Positions 1-11,707 of a stretch of DNA of 64,000 nucleotides are shown here, piece by piece. The stretch comes from Guillardia theta CCMP2712 (Eukaryota; Protista; Cryptophyta). How positions within the stretch are numbered: the stretch's first letter is position 1; the number at the start of each line of letters is the position of its first letter. Under the pieces are notes generated by a model. The model was not told the origin of the DNA. It worked only from the letters and a program-made list of their open reading frames with translations, and ran no database searches. The DNA lies in the NCBI RefSeq assembly GCF_000315625.1, contig NW_005434673.1:1277433-1341432 (forward strand). The letters are read 5' to 3'. The translations under genes and the position numbers were made by a program.

Positions 1-242
1 GTATGGAGGATCTCATGAGAACGAGAAAAGCTGCGCCCCCCATGTTTCACCGAAATTTTGTGGAGCTTGCTTCGTTCAAACTACCAGACGCGTCTGGTCG
101 TGCTTGTGCTTTCCTTGATCTTGATCTCGGTTCAGCTCCTTTCTTCTAACGGAATTCTCGTTTCTGCACCCCTCATTCACCCTCTCTCCCTCTTTCCCTC
201 TCTCTTCATCTCGCACTACCTCTTCCACCCTCCCCCTATCTT

Positions 243-291
243 CCTCTCTCTCTCTCTCTCTCTCTCTTCCTCTCTTTTCTATCTCTCGCTT

Positions 292-340
<49 letters not shown>
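243..340. repeat. (CT)n/(CA)n microsatellite
   Basis: Interrupted CT dinucleotide run ending in cacacaca; explains the spurious LSLSLS/ERERER ORFs. Confidence 0.9.
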
Positions 341-666
341 CCCCTGCTCTTTGCCCTGCCCTCCTTTCAGCTTCGCTCCACCATATCGGGGGCCGCTAGG
401 GTTTAGAGGCTTCAGGGGGGCAGTGAGGGAGGGTGGGTGGATACAGACAATTGGGGGGGGTACCTTGATTTGTGTCCGTGGGAGGCATGGCAAGACAATG
501 GTTGGCGACAGGGTTGGCGATGGCATGCAGGGCTGAGCGTTCGATGGCGGTCGCAAGTCTGCATGAAGGACCGAGGAGGTACCGCGAGAGACTTAGCAGA
601 GCATGCTCTGCTGCTTGCAGACTGAGATCGGCGATCGGCGGGAGGCGGTGGGTGTCACAAGCAAGA

Positions 667-1689
667 ATGTCCAGGGACCTTTGCGAGATATCAGAGCTTG
701 ATCAGTCGCAGAGCAACTGGAAGCAGCCCTCGATCGTCCTTGTACAGCCCTACCTGGACATGTTCTCTTGCTCTCCTCCTCCCCCCGGGCTCTGATGCCT
801 TGCACAGGAACGTCGGGTCGGTGGCCCGAGTCATGATGAACTTCGGCCTGTCGGATCTGAGGATTGTTCGGCCAAGATGCGACCCCTTGTCCGAGCCCGC
901 CATGTCCAACGCTTGCGCTGCAGTCCCCATCCTAGAGAATGCCAAGATCTACGACAATGTGAAAGAGATGTTGTCTGATTGCTGCTCACTGAGGTGAAGG
1001 TACGAGACGCCATTCGCGACAACGATCATGTGGTTGCCTGCACGGCTAGGAGAAGAACCCTGGAAGACATTCCAGTCATCTTTCCCTCTCAGCTTCGATA
1101 CTTGCTGTCTGACGTCAGGGCTGTTCGCAACTTCGAAGAGAAACATCTGGTGGATACAAAACACGTGATGAAACTCGGCTTGTTGTTCGGAGCGGAGCGA
1201 AGTGGTTTGACTAACGAAGAGGTCGCGCATGCAGAGTATATCCTCAACATCCCGTCTTTTCCCGGTGATAATTCTCCCATCCTTGGGCTTCTCACTTTGA
1301 TCCCGCTAGGCTTCGGTGTCTTGAACCTTTCGCATGCTGTTGCCATCGTCGGGTACGAGTTGTGGCAGTTCCGAGAAGAGCGTGCGAGGCGGCCGTCGTA
1401 CCCACAGGTGCAAGAGCAAGAGCAAGAGCAAGAGCAAGAGCAAGTCCCTCGTGGAGCTCGGCATGCAACAAGATTGGAAGTTGTGCATGCCATGGACAGG
1501 CGAGAGCAGCAGCATGCAATCATGGCGTGCGATCGTCTGACGTTGATTGGCAGGATTGACGCTCGAATTCTGCAAGAGAAGCGAAAGTTCAACGCTAACA
1601 GCCTTCGACGAGTGATGCTGCGAGGCTACGTCACAGAGAAAGAGCTGAGTTACTTCCATAGCATCCTCACGAGAATGTTTGAGGGATAA
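667..1689 (+). CDS. SPOUT-family tRNA/rRNA 2'-O-methyltransferase, TrmJ/LasT-like (spliced)
   Basis: Joined exons give IVLVQPYLDMNVGSVARVMMNFGLSDLRIV, VACTARRR, LLFGAERSGLTNEE and LNLSHAVAIVGYE, the SpoU/TrmJ motifs; short GT-AG introns near 762-807 and 959-999. Confidence 0.85.
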
Positions 1690-2489
1690 ACTAAGTGAGT
1701 GGAGCCTCGTACCAGCAAGAAACTAGGGGAGCGTCTCCTGCTTCCTACGATTCTTCGTACCAGGTTGAGATGTCTCCGACAAGCTCTCGTCTGTTCAGGA
1801 ATTGAATGGAGCACGAGCACACTAATCGGATTGTAGCATGATCCTGCTGGAGAAGAGCGACTGACAGGCTTAGCCAAGCAAGGAGCTCGAAGGCTGCTGT
1901 CAGAAAGACTCAAGCACGTGAGCAGCGTACTGACGATGCTTCAGCAGTGCTGTTTCCGCTACCACCTCGTGTTTGTGACGTCAACTTTTATCCGATTGAT
2001 GTTGATGATTAAATCATCGCGATGACCCACTGGTCCGCCGGGCCTGACTGTAAGCTCTGAAGACCTACACTGGCAGCATCTTCCGAAGTGGGAGAGGGCC
2101 AGGAAGTCTGAGCTCGGAGGGCGCGAAAATGATGGCATACGAAAGAGGAGGACGAGCACGTTCCGTTGATGAAAACCGCATAAGAAGAGACGTTTCCATT
2201 GCTGAGAAAGGAAAACTCGAAGATGACAAAATGAAGAGTCTGGGAAAACGCCGTTTTGTTATTGAAAAGCATGTCCTGCAAACAATTTATAAAAGTGCTT
2301 GCAGCCATGTAGAGCCCCGGGGCAGTGTGAAAAGGATGTACAAAGGACTAGAATTGAATCATAGCCTACTCGATCGAACTTCACTGCCGATAGTGAAGGT
2401 CATCGATGATCAGCGCAGTTTTGATTGTTTTTTGCCCGGAAGGCACCTGAGTGTAAGGCTGACGCAGTTACAGATCATCGGCCCGTACT

Positions 2490-2615
2490 GATTTCGGGCC
2501 GGGGATCACCAAGGCCGTTGAAGCCTTCCGACCGTCCGGTCGGCGTCTGAGTCCGTCGGCGATCCGATCAGAAACCGCGTGCCGGGGCCCGGCCGGGCGG
2601 CCCGGGCCGGCGAAC
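2490..2615. promoter_or_regulatory. CCGG-rich palindromic island upstream of a gene start
   Basis: ccgaccg-tc-cggtcgg hairpin, tgagtc, and ccggggcccggccgggcggcccgggccgg; same vocabulary as 39.26-40.0 kb and 44.22-44.39 kb. Regulatory role inferred from position only. Confidence 0.4.
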
Positions 2616-2683
2616 TAAAACTTAGTATCTGTTTTTTTTTGTTTTACACCGAAGACCGTTATGGCTTCAGGGGGACCAGGAGC

Positions 2684-4543
2684 ATGAGAGCGCTGGAGGA
2701 GGCGACGAGGGTTGTGAGGGAGGCGCTCGAACTGCAGGCAAGCAGCCTCGCCTCAGAGCTCTCAGCTCTTGCAGCTGACTGTCTCATGCAGGCAACTTGT
2801 CATCATAAGTTGAGTCAGTGCGGGTACGGCGATGGGAGAGAGGACGATGGGTTTTCAGGGCAGGAACAAGAACTGTCACCCTCCCTTGCAAGTGCCCAGA
2901 CCCATGACGAGGTCATACCTGCCTGCAGCTACGTCGGAGAAGTTCTCTTCTCACCCTCGCACAGTTGCTCCTGTCTTTGCTGCAACACCTAAGGCAATCC
3001 AGCGACTGCATCAGGCGATGCATGAAGGTGATCTTACGCGAGAGGCTGCCACGAGAGAATGACGCGTTTCTAGGCGTTTGAGGAGGAGAGAGAGTCTGCA
3101 GCTGGACTGGAGCAGCTTCTGGAGTCAGCCAATCAGGTCCGCTCCTGTTCTTTGGTGTAAATCTGCCGACGAAATTTACCAGGAGATGGCATTGATGTTA
3201 GAGGCGCTGCGGGAAAGCGATGAGCAGACGGCCATGCAGAGAAGGACGGCGAGCTCCAAGTTCGTCTTGAATGCATTCCGAGAAATTGTGAAGAAGAACG
3301 TTTGATATCCTTGTTGTCATTATAATATGACTGAACGTGTATGATAGCGTGACAAAGGTGCTCTTGAACAGCTTCATGAAGAGGTTGATGTGAATTGTTT
3401 CGCAAGTCAGTGTTTGAATTCGAGCAGGTGGAAGAAAGCATCAAGACATTCTTGAAGGAAAGAGCAATGCTATCTCGATCTGTAACCTACTGCTCCATCA
3501 CTCACTCATATCTCACGATGAAGTAGATCCAGAAAGACTGTAAGCGCTCGCGAGACGCTGCTACTGGTCTCTTCCATAAGGTATATCTCGCCCTCTGACC
3601 CTCTATCTGACTCTTTCTCAAGGTTTCAGAGTTGCATGCAAGGAGATCGCGGTTTCATCCCTCGCGCTCCTGCTGCTCTTGACCTTGTTGTCTCAGGTTG
3701 AGCAGGCGAAGATTCTGCGTCTTCCCGGTAGAGCGAGGATAGTTTGTTGCGGTCTTGACCTGCTGCAGGTGTCGATGTTGTCAAGGACGAATCAGGAGAG
3801 ACATCGGAGAAGTCTGAACTCGAGCCCGGATGAGGAAGAGCACGAGAGTGAAGGTACTTGACTTCCTTAATCTTCTGCCTCATCTCGCTCTCCAGCCGTG
3901 TTCTTTGCGGAGATCCGAAAGATTCTTGAGATGAACGAGAAGCTTGCGAGTTCAAATGCGAGTCTTATGTAAGTTCTCCTCTCATTCCTCTCAGCCTTGC
4001 TTCTAGAGGAGCTGAAACAGATAGATAGGGAAGGGGAGAGGGAGAGAGGGAGAGGGACAAGGTAGGGAAAGGCAGGGGGAGAGAGAAGGAGGAAGGAGGA
4101 AGGACGGAGAGGAATTCTGACGATTCTGTGCTGTAGGGAGGCGATGGAGGAGCTTGAGCGCATTGAAGTTATCCGTCTGAAGAGGTGAGAGAGAAGCGGA
4201 CTCGTCTTGTGTGATTTTGCTGCAGCGAGCGAGATCGGCTGCTGTCCAGGGTGCAGCGAATGACTAGAAGGCGATAGACGTGGCAACGGGAGGGCAGGCG
4301 GGTGTGCTGACGTCAGTGACAGTTGCTGTTCGCTAGAGGAAAAGTGCGATAAGCTCGAGGAAGAAAAGGAAAGACTCCGTGCGCAGCTGGAAGCGACCAG
4401 GTTGCGCGCAGAATCTCAGTCAGAGTCCTTCGCCTCGGCGCTGAAGGAGTCGGAAAAAGCATTGAAGGTGAGGTCGAGAAAGAGAATGAGGAGAAGATAA
4501 GAGGAGAAAAGATTAAGCAATGTAATGGCGGCGGCGGCGGTTG

Positions 4544-4593
<50 letters not shown>

Positions 4594-6160
4594 GCGGAAG
4601 AAGCAGGGAGACGGCTTATTCATGCTCATGCAGGAGGCTGTCAGCAGCGTGTGGAATGGGCAAGAGAGGAGGACAGAAAGGTTTCGCTCAATTCCCCTTT
4701 AAGACCCCAACTTTACACCTCACAGCCCTGCGAAAGAGAAACAGATCATTCAGCTGCTCCAAGAACGATCCCAGCTCAGGGCGACCGTAAGTGACGAGCT
4801 TCCTCTGACGAGACTGGGGGCGAGGAAGTGATGGTAACGCAGGTAGCAGCGCTAAATGCTTCACTTGAGATCTACCAGCGAGAAGTTGTCCAGCAGCGAA
4901 GCGTCGATCCATCGGCTGAGCAAAAGGAGGAGGAGGAGGAGGCAGCGCGAGCGAGAGAGGCTGTCTATTCTCGTGAGACGCCATCGTCGTCGTCCACCCT
5001 TCCAGCTTCAGACAACCAACAAGTTGGCAGTGAACGCCCTAAGGGACTGATGAGCTTGCTGAACAGAAGGAGGGAGAGGAAAGATGCAGACTCGACCCCA
5101 GGCCCTCTTCCTCTTTCTTCTGCGAGCTCTGTTTCCTTCCTGGCTCCAAGAAGCTCACATGGCAGGCCTGGCAACGAGTTCGATCACCTCCAGGAGCAAA
5201 TCGATGTCATGCACAAGTCCATTTGGAGCCTCTTGGGTTCGCAGGGGAGCACAACGGCGGAGAAGGATGTGGGCGTGCAGGAAGAAAGAAGGGAGAACAA
5301 TCAAGAGGAAGACGAAGAAGACGAAGACGAAGACGAAGACGAAGACGATGCGGAGAGAGAAGAAGAAGAGGAAGTGGAGGTGAGAACGAGTTTTCAGCTC
5401 AGTCCGATGGGCAACAAGCATGCAAGTCTTCAGCGGCTCAGCTTGGAATCTCCTCTGCAAGGGCCCCTGGACTTGGAAGACTTCACAGAGAGTGTTGGGA
5501 GGGAGCGACGGGGGGAGGAAGCATCGCTTGCCGTGAGCGAGGACGGCCTCTTCGACCTTGTCATCACAGTCCTACAGGCTGACCTGCCTCAGCTTGAGAG
5601 GGCGTTGAGGAACAGGAAGACAGGAGGAGCGGCGGACGGAGTTAGCGAAGCCGTCCATGTCATTGCAGAGGCAGGCAAGAGACGTCAGGCCCACAGCTTG
5701 TCCGCCTCCTCCCTCCTTGTCGACGATCCGCAGCCTTTCCTTGGTCACCCCAACGGGCAGTCGCTCAGCAGCAAACCCTCCTTCCTCTTCCGATCCTGCT
5801 CTGCCAACTGCTTCCTTCGTGTGTCGCTGTGGACAGGAGGTCAAGGGGATCCGATGCGATCTCTTGGATGGACCAAGGTGTCGGTAAGGAGGGGGAGGGG
5901 AGGGGGAGGAGGAGGGGGAGACAGTGTGGGGAGAAGGATGGAGGGAATGGAGGAAGGAAATGATAGTGCGACAGGTGAAGGAGATTCTCCCAAAGGTCCT
6001 CCATGCTGATATGGATTGCTCGGTCAAGCACAGCGACTGGTTTCCTCTCTCGGTGGACCCAGCAGCGTCTCGGGTGTCAGGAGACGGAGGGAGTGACGCG
6101 ATGAAGGCTGTCAAGCTTCTCCTGTCTGTTACCTACCGAGGGAGCACAACAGATCTGTGA
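2684..6160 (+). CDS. Multi-exon coiled-coil protein with a C-terminal C2-like domain
   Basis: Coiled-coil exons (LEEKCDKLEEEKERLRAQLEATRLRAE), acidic tract, then FDLVITVLQADL...FLRVSLWT...SLGWTKV...SDWFPL...KLLLSVTY, a C2-like strand pattern. Could be two genes. Confidence 0.55.
4544..4593. repeat. (GAT)n microsatellite in intron
   Basis: Pure gatgat run; source of the poly-Met ORF. Confidence 0.9.
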
Positions 6161-6203
6161 CAAGAGTGTGGCGGCTAAGAGCGCATGGCAGCAGAGGAGA
6201 GGT

Positions 6204-6307
6204 GATGTTGAGAGTTACGAAATGTTACTTGATGTTGAGATATAATGTTGCTTCATGTTAAGATTTGATGTTGTTTCATGTTGAGAATGAATTTTGTTTC
6301 ATGTTAG
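6204..6307. repeat. Degenerate ~23-nt AT-rich tandem repeat (about 4 copies)
   Basis: gatgttgagagttacgaaatgttactt / gatgttgagatataatgttgctt / catgttaagatttgatgttgttt / catgttgagaatgaattttgttt / catgttag. Confidence 0.7.
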
Positions 6308-6930
6308 TGCTTCAGCGGGAGGGTGAACCAGCGAGCGGATGAAGGTAGGGTTCAAGAGGAGGGAAAAGGAGAAGGGAGGGTGCAGGAGAAGGGAGGGTGC
6401 AGGAGTTGAAGAGGAGAAGGATGAGGACAACGGGATCTGGAGACGATCGGATATCGTGGATGAGGAGGAGGAGAAGATTCATCCTCCTGGTCGTGTCCGC
6501 TGTCGAGTCGTACACACTGGCACAGGTGGATGTGGGTGAGGGGAGGGAGCGGGGGAGGGAGGGGGGGGTTGTAGGCAAGAAAGGAATTTAGAAGACAATG
6601 ATGATACTAAAGGAGAGGTTGAAGTAGACTGAGGAGGCAGTGGTGTTAGTGGTCATGGTGGTGATAAAGGAGGGGGGAGTGGTGGATGCGGAGGACTGAG
6701 GAGGATGGGGCCGGGGGCAGGCAGAGAAGGGATCGAAAGACAACTTTGTGCTGAGAACAAAGTCCTTAACATGAGGTAGACAAAAGTTTCGATTTCAATG
6801 ACAACATACATGGAAAAGGCAAGCCGGAGCAAGCAAAGGAGGAAAGGTAAACCAACAAAATCCGCCTCGACAGGAAACTAGGAAAGGGAGGAGACAGCAA
6901 ACACAAGTAGCGTGAAAGATAAGACCGTTG

Positions 6931-9900
6931 ATGGCTGCCAAACTCAGTGAAATCTTTTTTTCTTTGCTATGTTTAGCAGCCCGCCTCGGGATTGCTGGTA
7001 TTCTGTTATCGAAGGCACCTGTTCTCCCTGCTGTTCTCCCCTCTCCCTTGCTCTCCCCCCCCCCCCCCCCCTTCCATGTTTCTCCCTCCCTCCTCTCCCT
7101 CTATGGAGGCTTCCAGTGCTTGTTGCGACAGGCCATGAATCAGGATCCTGTCTCTCCTCCCTCCCTCCCTGTCCCTCCTCGTCTCCGACGTTGCCCGAGT
7201 AGCGAGACGTATCGATGCATGCCGGGCAGGGTGCGAGGGAGGCGATTGGGATTCATCAACTGCGGGGCCTGACTTTGCTGGCTCATCCGATACCCTCGCC
7301 CCATCCCTTCAATGAGACTGCAGCATCTGATCGCAGAAAGTTCCTGTCGGCCATGCGGGAGCTGGATGCTGAAGAGGTAGTCTTCTCCTCTCCTCTTCGC
7401 GTCTTGACCGAGATGAAGGTGTGCGAGCTTGACGACGTCTCTCTAGATAACATCACAGCGCTCGCACAAGACCCTCGTCGCTTGCAGACCACCGCAGACA
7501 ATGCAGCGCTGGTTGTGCTGGTAGTTGCCCTAGGGCGAACACAGGAGCAGAGGTTGCAAGTACAGGACCGGGAGGGCAGATGGGTCTTCGCAAGGGAACT
7601 GGTGGATAGCGTCTACTTGATGAGCTCGCACAAGAAGTTTCGGGTCTGTCTTGTGATGCTCAGCGTCTTCTTGCAAGATTCCAAGGCGCTGCTCTGCTGG
7701 ACTCCGGCGACGCTGGCGGTTGAGGAGGGAAGGAGGGAAGGGAGCGCTATGGTCATGTGAGCCCCTGAGCACTTGAGGAGGAGGAGGAGGAGGAGGAGGA
7801 GGATGACGCTGCTCTGCACAGGGTGTGGGCTGCTTGCCCCGTTCATGAGGGCTGGATGGACGAGAAGGGATCGGTCTGCTCTTGTTGTGTTAGAGGGTCG
7901 GATGACTTTCTGCAGGTTGTAACTCAAGTGGTGTGTGAGAGTTTGTGCGCGAACGCTGAGATTCAGAGCATCGAGGGGAGCATGCAAGAGGTAGTGAGTC
8001 GATAGGTGACCAGTCAGTGATGCATGGCAGGTGAAGGAGAAGCTGGACTGGTACAGAAAGAGCAAGGGCTCCGCCTCCTCCTCCTACTCCAGGTTTTCTT
8101 ACTTGTTGTCGGGCAGAAGCCAATTGACGTGTGATGGTACCAGAGACTCGAGGATGTGGAGCATGGCCCAGGTCGGCGTGCTGCTGAGGAGCGAGAATGA
8201 GCGGGAGCATCGGCTCGAGTTCGATCGCGTTTGTCAGCCTTCCTTCAGCCCCAGGTCAGGCAACTGCCTGGCTCGCCCGCTTCTAAAGCAGAGCAAGTGG
8301 GAACACCAGGGTGCTGGAGGATGGAACGCTGGCTCCTCGCGTCCCCTGGCAGACTTTCAGCGAGCACGAGCTGGAGGTAAAGGTGAGCATCGCCTGCCCG
8401 ACGCCGGGGGCCAAGATCTTCTTCTCCTCCGACGGGTCGATCCCTTCCCCCGACTCCCCCACGTCCTCCCTCTACACGAAGCCTGTCCTGCTCCAGCACC
8501 GCGACGACAGTGCACGCGACTTCATGCTGCAGGCTGTGGCAGTAGAGGAGGGGAGGCGGCCGAGTCGGGTGGGAAAGTCTCCGGTGTATCGCATCCTAGG
8601 GGAGACGAAGAGCGTTACGTTCGAAGAGACGAGGGAGGAGGACAGCGTCTTTCTGTCCATGACCTGTTGCACTCAAAACGCCATCATCTACTTTGATGAG
8701 GATGGGAAAGTTCCTTGTAAGAATTCCTCCGTCTATTCCAGACCGATCCGAGTGAGGAGCAAGGTTGTACCCCCTCCTGCCCCCCCCCCTCCTGGTCCTC
8801 TTCCCTTCCTTCTGTACTCCATTTCCCTCTCCTCTCCTCTCCTCTCATCGATTCCTCAACTGCAACAGGAGATAAACACAATCGCCATCGCCCCCAACTG
8901 CGTCCCTTCCACCATCTCCACCTATCGTCTCCTCGAACAGGTCGACACATGCTGGGCATCTTGCCGACTGACAGCTGGCAGCTTCAAGTTCCTCGAGTAC
9001 GGCTGGAGGGCGAAACGATGCCACCCTCCTCCCTCGATCCAGAGCTCGTAGGCCAGCAAGTGTTCCTTGACATGGCGAGAGTGTCAATCGAAGGGGAGGA
9101 GGAAAAGATGGGGTTTAAGATCACTTACACGCTCAACGGTGACTCACCCTCCTCCTCCTCTGCTCTCTACCGTGAGCCTCTTGTCTTTGACAAGCCCGGA
9201 TGTTACAGGTCCTCAACGCTCTTTGTTCCCCGCCTAGCGCTCTTTCCTTTTTCTCTCTCCTCTTCCCTCCTTGTCCATCTCCTCTCCCTCCTTCCTCCTC
9301 CCTGTTCCTTCCTCTCTCCTCCTCTCCCCCTCCTGGTTCTTCTCTCCCCCTTTCTCCCTCTTTCCTTCCGTTGCTCTCATTTATTTGAGCTCTCCTCCCT
9401 CTCCTTCAGCTCTTTCGCACTTCCTATCCTGTTCCTAAGGTGTCTCGCAGGCTAGTCTGCATGGCCATGGCATACAAGATGGCTGATTCCCTCCTCGCCA
9501 CCTGCGACTTCATCGTTCAGAATCGTTTGAGCTCCCCAGAGTTGCTTCCTAGGTGATACCCTCGTCCCTCGTCCCTCGTCCCTCGTCCCTCGTCCCTCGT
9601 CCCTCGTCCCTCGTCCCTCGTCCCTCGTCCCTCGTCCCTCGTCCCTCGTCCCTCGTCCCTCGTCCCTCGTCCCTCGTCCCTCGTCCCTCGTCCCTCGTCC
9701 CTCGTCCCTCGTCCCTCGTCCCTCGTCCCTCGTCCCTCGTCCCTCGTCCCTCGTCCCTCGTCCCTCGTCCCTCGTCCCTCGTCCCTCGTCCCTCGTCCCT
9801 CGTCCCTCGTCCCTCGTCCCTCGTCCCTCGTCCCTCGTCCCTCGTCCCTCGTCCCTCGTCCCTCGTCCCTCGTCCCTCGTCCCTCGTCCCTCGTCCCTCG

Positions 9901-11675
9901 TCCCTCGTCCCTCGTCCCTCGTCCCTCGTCCCTCGTCCCTCGTCCCTGCTTCTCCTTTCTCCTCCCTTTCCGATTTTCAGTCCTTAGCTCATGTCAAACT
10001 CTGTCTGTGCTGGTCTAAAGCTTATGGGCAGCTCGGGAACGTTCCGGGAGAGGACGGAGCTGGCAATGACGAGCGAGCACAAGGATGCTAGCATCTTCTT
10101 CACCCTCGATGACTCCGATCCTTCTCCCTCCTCCTCCTCTTCTCATCTCTTTCAGCGTCCCATACGCCTCGACAGACGCGATCAGGATCTCTTCACTGGA
10201 ACTGGTTTGCTCCAAGGAATCTCGCTCCTTCCATGGCAACCCCTCGAGCTTCGGTGCTTCCTCTCCCTCTCCTCTCAGCACTCTGACAGTTGCCTTCTCC
10301 TATTATCTCCCCAACCCTCGCTCGCTCGCTCGCTCGCTCGCTCTCACCCACCCACCTCCCTCCCCTCTCCTCCCTGCTCTTGTCCTTTCTTTGTTCCCTC
10401 CCCCCCCTCCCCCCTTCACTTTCTCCTCATCCCCACCTTCCTCGATTGGACATCTCCTACAGATTCACCGCTCGCGCCATGGCGAAAGGTTTCATCGACT
10501 CGCCGGCGTCTCACGCTCGCCTTGTCCTCCTCCAAGTAGTTGAGACTCCGCGCGTTTCTCCCTCCCCCGGCGTCTTCCTGGAGCTCGTTGAGATTCTCTT
10601 CACCTCCTCGACCCCAGGAGCTATCCTCCACTACACCCGAGACGGTCAGGAGCCCAGCAAAGACTCTCAGGTCCTCCTCTTCCTCCTCTGCTGCTGGTCA
10701 CAACCTTCAGGTCTGTGTCGGCCCCATCGTCCTCAGGGATGCAGGATGGACGGAGTTCCGAGTGCGGGCGGTGAGGGAAGGGATGTGGGAGAGCGAGGAG
10801 CTGTGCGTCAAGTTCGGGGTCGAAGCGCAGGCACGGCATGATGAAGCGTGTGCAGGAGCTGAGACGCTGTGGCAGGTGATGGCGTGGGGGAGCGGGAGCG
10901 GCGGGAGGCTGGGAGGAGGAGACGAGGAAGATCACGAGCTACCCTCTCGCGTCCTCGGGCTCGAGGACATCAACGTCGCTCGAGTCTTTGCGGGTCGATC
11001 GCACAACCTTCTACTTACTAGCTCTAGCAAGGTACTGCAGAGGAGAAGCTGGCCTGTCCTGAACGTGCGAGTAGGTGCTGTCAATGGGAGTAGGACTGGG
11101 CGGACGGTTGGGAAGGAAGGAGACGAGCAGTCTGCTGCCGAAAGAGATTCCTGCGATGATCGAGGTAAGACACGAGGAGCCGTTGCTGTTGCTCTCCCAT
11201 TGCTGTTGCTCCTGCTTCCTCCTTTCCCTCTTCCCCCCCTTCTCCTTCCCCTCTCACCTCGTCTCTCACCTCTTCTCCTCATTCTCCCTTCTCCCTCTTC
11301 TTCACTCCCTCCTTCTCCTTCTTCCTGTCCCTCCTGATACAGCTGAATGTTGATCCTCAGATCGTTCAGGCAGCCGCAGGAGAGAGGCACTCTCTGCTGC
11401 TGAGCAGGTGGGAGAGAAGGGAAGTCGTAACGAGGGAAGGGAGAAAAAAGGGGAGATGGGGAGGGAGGGGAAGGGAGGGGAGATAGTGAAAGTGCAGCAG
11501 CTCAGGCATCGTCTTCTCCTTCGGGGATGGACTGCAAGGACAGCTTGGACAGGGTGACATCGTGAACCTGGTGGAGCCAAAGGCAGTTGAGGTGAGAAGG
11601 AGTAGAGAGGAAGAGGAGGAGGAGGAGGGGGAGGAGGCGAGAGGAGGCGAGAGGAGGCGAGAGGAGGAGGAGGAG

Positions 11676-11707
<32 letters not shown>

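Noticed and set aside
1700-2491. Possible small gene between the TrmJ-like gene and the CCGG island
   Set aside because: Several short ORFs on both strands, but I could not build a consistent spliced model or find any motif.
9553-9987. 144-aa (PSSLVPR)n ORF; telomere-like or CRISPR-like array
   Set aside because: It is the translation of an intronic 7-mer between GT and AG sites. There are no spacers, and the unit is not a telomere repeat I recognise.
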